From NCBI GenBank assembly GCA_965112155.1, contig OZ218100.1: a stretch of DNA of 64,000 nucleotides, one strand, 5' to 3'. This DNA is from Podarcis liolepis. Its lineage: Eukaryota. The position numbers and the translations under genes are program-made. A model generated the notes under the pieces. It ran no database searches and had not been told where the DNA came from. It worked only from the letters and a program-made list of their open reading frames with translations. Shown one piece after another: positions 60,031-64,000 of the stretch. The first letter of the stretch is position 1. The number at the start of each line of letters is the position of its first letter.

Positions 60031-62540
60031 ATCATAATCACCATGCAGGTCAAGGGATAGAGCCATGTTAAACTCATATATACTACTTCAACACATTCCA
60101 ATTAGAATACCAGGTATAGCACATATTGCCATAAATATTATTGCCATTCTGGTTCCATAGGCTTAGGGAGAGTTCAACACAACTAATATTACAAGAGCAG
60201 ATGGACACCAAGATGCGGACAGAAACTGTGGAATCTTACATGGTGGCAGACCAGGTCACACTACTGCCATGCTAGATCTACTTAAATAAGTCCACCAAAC
60301 TCAATTACTTATGAGTAAACTTCTATAGGTTTGCACTGTGACCCTAGATTGGAGAATGCCAGTTTAAAATAGCATCTGATCCAGAGGGAAAGGCAAATTA
60401 AAAACAAAATAAAATAAAACAAGGAAGAGGTAAAGGTGAAAAAGATGTATGCTGGCTTACAGTGTCATTTTGTGACAATAACCTTGGCCTTCATTATCTT
60501 CTGACAGCAAATCAATGACCGGCTGCTGCTACAAGACGCCCATGTTGAACTCTTAAGTGGTTTGGATTCCTTCAAAGTGCAATTACAAGGCCAGCATTAG
60601 GCATAGACAGGGCGGACCCTTCTGAGCGTGGTCCATGCACATAACCTTGGAAGGAAGCTCCTATGTAGCATTTCCCTTTGTTTCTTAAATGAGTGATTGA
60701 CACAGCTAGACCCAAGGTGCTGTGATCTGAGACACATACTGTCAGACACTAAATACAGACGGGATGGCAAGAGACTTTATCCCCCTGAACATAGTCTACA
60801 ATGCAAAGCAAAAAGTGGATAAAATCAGCTGCAAAGGTACTTGAACTAGGATCAATTTGTACAGATTAGATTAAAACAACACACTGAACACTGGGGCACA
60901 ATAGTTAGCATTCCTAAATTCTTAGTGGTAGGAATGAGTTGTAGATACGGTTGCATTTCGCTTGTACATTCCAAAATAAAGCTATTGAGTCTGAATTCCT
61001 GCGGAATCATGGGTACAATGAAGCCAAAATATTACCCTGTGTTTGTTCTCTGCCAATTAACTCTGGAATACTTCTTATCTCTAGATCTTGAATGGACACT
61101 GAAATTTTATTTAAAAGGCAATTCCCATGCGCAGAGCAAATAATTTCCTTTCCAACAGAATTCTTCCTTGTTTGATCAGTCTGATAACCACAAATTTATT
61201 CATTAATCTTATTTTGAGTTTCATTAAACAATTCTGTAATCTCATAAATACTAAAAATGGTACATTTCTCTCCTTGAGCTAGTCTTTCTGAGCCATATAT
61301 AATAGGTTTAGCTCAGCTACATTATTAGCTCATTCCCGTAGCACATAAACTACAGGTCACAATTCTTTCTATACCTGGTCTATTCTTGTCCCAAACTGAC
61401 GCAGCAATCCTAGTGCCATTTACCTGAGAATAAGAACCACTGAATTTAGTAGCACTTAGCAGTATCTATGGGTGATTTGTCTTTAAATCAGATTTTTAGG
61501 CTATTTCCACTATGGTGCATTGCATATTTGCAACAGGTCAGGTCCCAATATTCAAATTGGGGAGGGGGAGGGAAGGATATCTACCTTCTCTCAGTGGAAA
61601 GTTTTTTGAATCATACCAGTACTGGTTTATCACTAAAGCTGTGTTCTGTTTTTATTTCACATTTGGTGAGCTACATACTTCTGCCTACATTACAGGCACA
61701 AATATAATTTATAGGTGTGTCATGTCATTGAAATAGAGGGTCATATGCAGACTCTAAGAGGACCTATTGGGATATATTAATTATAACAAAGCCTTAAGTA
61801 GACTGTAATCTCTTTGGCATGAGAAGCCCATCAAGTTGCAAAATATTTTGCAAGGTACAGCTGCTGACAGCTCTGATTCTATCAAAAATTCATTGCATGC
61901 CCTATCAGGAAAGAAGAGGAAAAAACATTTACTCCTTTCCATTTTGCACAAAAATCAAACAAAATTGAAAAATATTAAATTACCTCTCTTCTCCAAATCA
62001 AGTCACAGAATAGCAGTAAGGGAGCAGAGGTTGTCTATGCAGACGTTTTGATGTTCTGCCAAGCTGAAGCTATAATATAATTTGCTTGAAAGGAAAAGTC
62101 AGGAAAATTGCTTTTCGTCTACTGTTGTGCTGTTTTTGCAATCTGCTGTTCTATATTCATTACTTTACATGCTTGCCAGGCTGTGCAGCTTGGCTGACTT
62201 GTCATTTGTGGGCATCTCTGTGCTCATCCCTTTGACTCTGAATGCTTAACACAGAAGAGAAAGTGCTATTACAGATAAATTTGTGAACAAGATGAAAACT
62301 GTACATCTTGATTCCTGAATAAGTTAACACTGCTTGTAGGATGAAGCTTCTTTAGGCACCATCACCCAACCAGAATCAGTCAACTGTCCACCTCGCCTTC
62401 CTGTTGTTGGTTTTTTTTACACATTTTCTACAGAGTTGAACATAAATACATCAACACAGAGTTCTTAAAGGCCGGGAAATATATTGTAGTGTCAGCTTTT
62501 GAAGACTAGAATCTGCTTTATTAGGTGTAGCAGGCTTAAA

Positions 62541-62655
62541 TCTGATGAAGGGAGATTTTGCCTATGAAAGCTCATAAATAAACTAGTCTTTAAGTCGTTG
62601 CAGAATTCTTTGTCATTTTTGCTGCAACAGACTTAGGTAGCTACTTTTCTGAAGA
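62541..62655 (+). mobile_element. Penelope-like element terminal fragment
   Basis: TCTGATGAAG...GAAAGCTCAT...TAGTCTTTAAG...TTTTGCTGCAACAGACT resembles reptile Penelope repeats. Confidence 0.55.
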
Positions 62656-62814
62656 TCAAACAGAAAGAGAATTTGTGCTCCTGAACTGAATAGAATATTT
62701 CAAATCCTGCACAGCACTCTATACGGTACATCTGGCCAACTGAAGAGAACAGTATCAGAGTTGCAAAAGAATAAAGAATGTAATGGTCAAAATTACATCA
62801 TCATCATTATTATT

Positions 62815-63190
62815 ATTTGCATTTATACCCCAGGTATTCCTTCAAGGAGCTCCGCATTTAATGCCCACAAATAACCCTTTGAGGTGGGCTGAGGTGAGAG
62901 ACAGTGATTGTCCAAGTTCACCCAGTGAACTTCATGGCTGAGCTAGGCCTACCATGCGTCTGAAATGTTGTGCTTTGTACTGGATTTTAGGCAAGTCAAT
63001 CTCAAACTTGCTTTTTTGGTGTTTTTGTAAAAGAAAGCTCAACAATTTTGGGGGTTTCCTTAAAAAAAAGCTCAACTTTTGGGGTGTCCTGGTTTTTACT
63101 TTTTGAAATATGGCAACCTAGGCTGAGCACCGACTTGAACCCGGGTCTCCCAGGTCCCAGTCCAACACTCTATCCACTACACCAAGCTGG
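62815..63190 (-). mobile_element. MIR-like squamate SINE (split by a hAT MITE)
   Basis: TCACCCAGTGAACTTCATGGCTGAG resumes as TTGAACCCGGGTCTCCCAGGTCCCAGTCCAACACTCTATCCACTACACCA. Confidence 0.75.
62944..63120. mobile_element. hAT MITE (177 bp)
   Basis: Exact 8-bp TSD GGCTGAGC (62936-62943 and 63121-63128); imperfect TIRs TAGGCCTACCAT / ATGGCAACCTA. Confidence 0.85.
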
Positions 63191-63312
63191 CATTACTTCA
63201 GAGAGGGAGTGCCATCAGACCTTGAAATCAGTCTGAGAATATTTTGCACCATTCGTTTGTGTCAATATTTTAAATTGTAAACCACCATTGGTGCTTCAGT
63301 ATAAAGGTAGTG

Positions 63313-63525
63313 CAGTGGTACCTCGGGTTAAGAACTTAATTCATTCTGGAGGTCCGTTCTTAACCTGAAACTGTTCTTAACCTGAGGTACCACTTTAGCT
63401 AATGGGGCCTCCCGCTCCCGCTGCCACGCCATCGCCACGCGATTTCTGTTCTCATCCTGAAGCAAAGTTCTTAACCCAAGGTACTATTTCTGGGTTAGTG
63501 GAGTCTGTAACCCGAGGTACCACTT
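63313..63525. mobile_element. CAGTGGTACC-family MITE
   Basis: CAGTGGTACCTCGGGTTA...TAACCCGAGGTACCACT. Confidence 0.92.
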
Positions 63526-63891
63526 TCTATAAATGCAACAAACAGTATCATATAGCCATTTCTGGATTATTTGAATAAAACTGGTTTTCAAAACTAAATT
63601 TTGCCCCCACCATAACTTGGAAGTAACTTCTTTCTTTTATTCTGGGAATTATCTGGAATCTAATTGCTTTTTATAGACTCTGGGCCCTGCCAGTTGTCTG
63701 AATATAGTCTACATTTCTAGAGAGATCAGTATACTTGCTTAGGCTGTAACCACGGTCAAAGCAACTGGTACCACAGTTTATTTGTTTTTACTATGGTGTG
63801 TGTCCAATGGAAAACTGAAACATACTTTCAGTATAAACAAGAAATTACTGATCTACTGTAAAAGAAGGTGATAGTTAAAAACAACCTAATA

Positions 63892-64000
63892 CAGTGGTAC
63901 CTCATGTTACATACCCTTCAGGTTACATACGCTTCAGGTTAAAGACTCTGCTAACCCAGAAATAGTGCTTCAGGTTAATAACTTTGCTTCAGGAAGAGAA
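63892..64000. mobile_element. CAGTGGTACC-family MITE, cut by window edge
   Basis: TA|CAGTGGTACCTC..., same orientation as the 47955 copy. Confidence 0.9.

Overview
Vertebrate (squamate, most likely lacertid lizard) genomic DNA, not prokaryotic. The + strand carries the 3' part of KIF26B (kinesin-11 family): five coding exons at 9964-10126, 12903-16311, 29845-30041, 31592-31742 and 33129-33277. They splice in frame with GT-AG sites, run from the end of the motor domain to the stop codon, and are followed by a 3' UTR with proximal and possibly distal poly(A) signals. The - strand carries the last two coding exons of SMYD3 (53327-53435 and 49407-49508), tail-to-tail with KIF26B as in other amniotes; the ORF track misses them. 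The rest is intronic or intergenic and rich in squamate repeats: Sauria and Squam3-like SINEs, MIR-like SINEs, BovB/CR1/L2/Penelope fragments, Tc1-mariner/pogo and hAT MITEs, microsatellites, and one 172-N gap. I found no new gene system. The best leads are a triple tandem splice acceptor, candidate phosphodegron/SxIP motifs and miRNA sites in KIF26B, a three-octamer cluster and TALE/Hox motif blocks in SMYD3 introns, a 24-bp hairpin, and several nested or inverted TE insertions with intact TSDs. Repeat family names and protein comparisons are from memory, not database searches.
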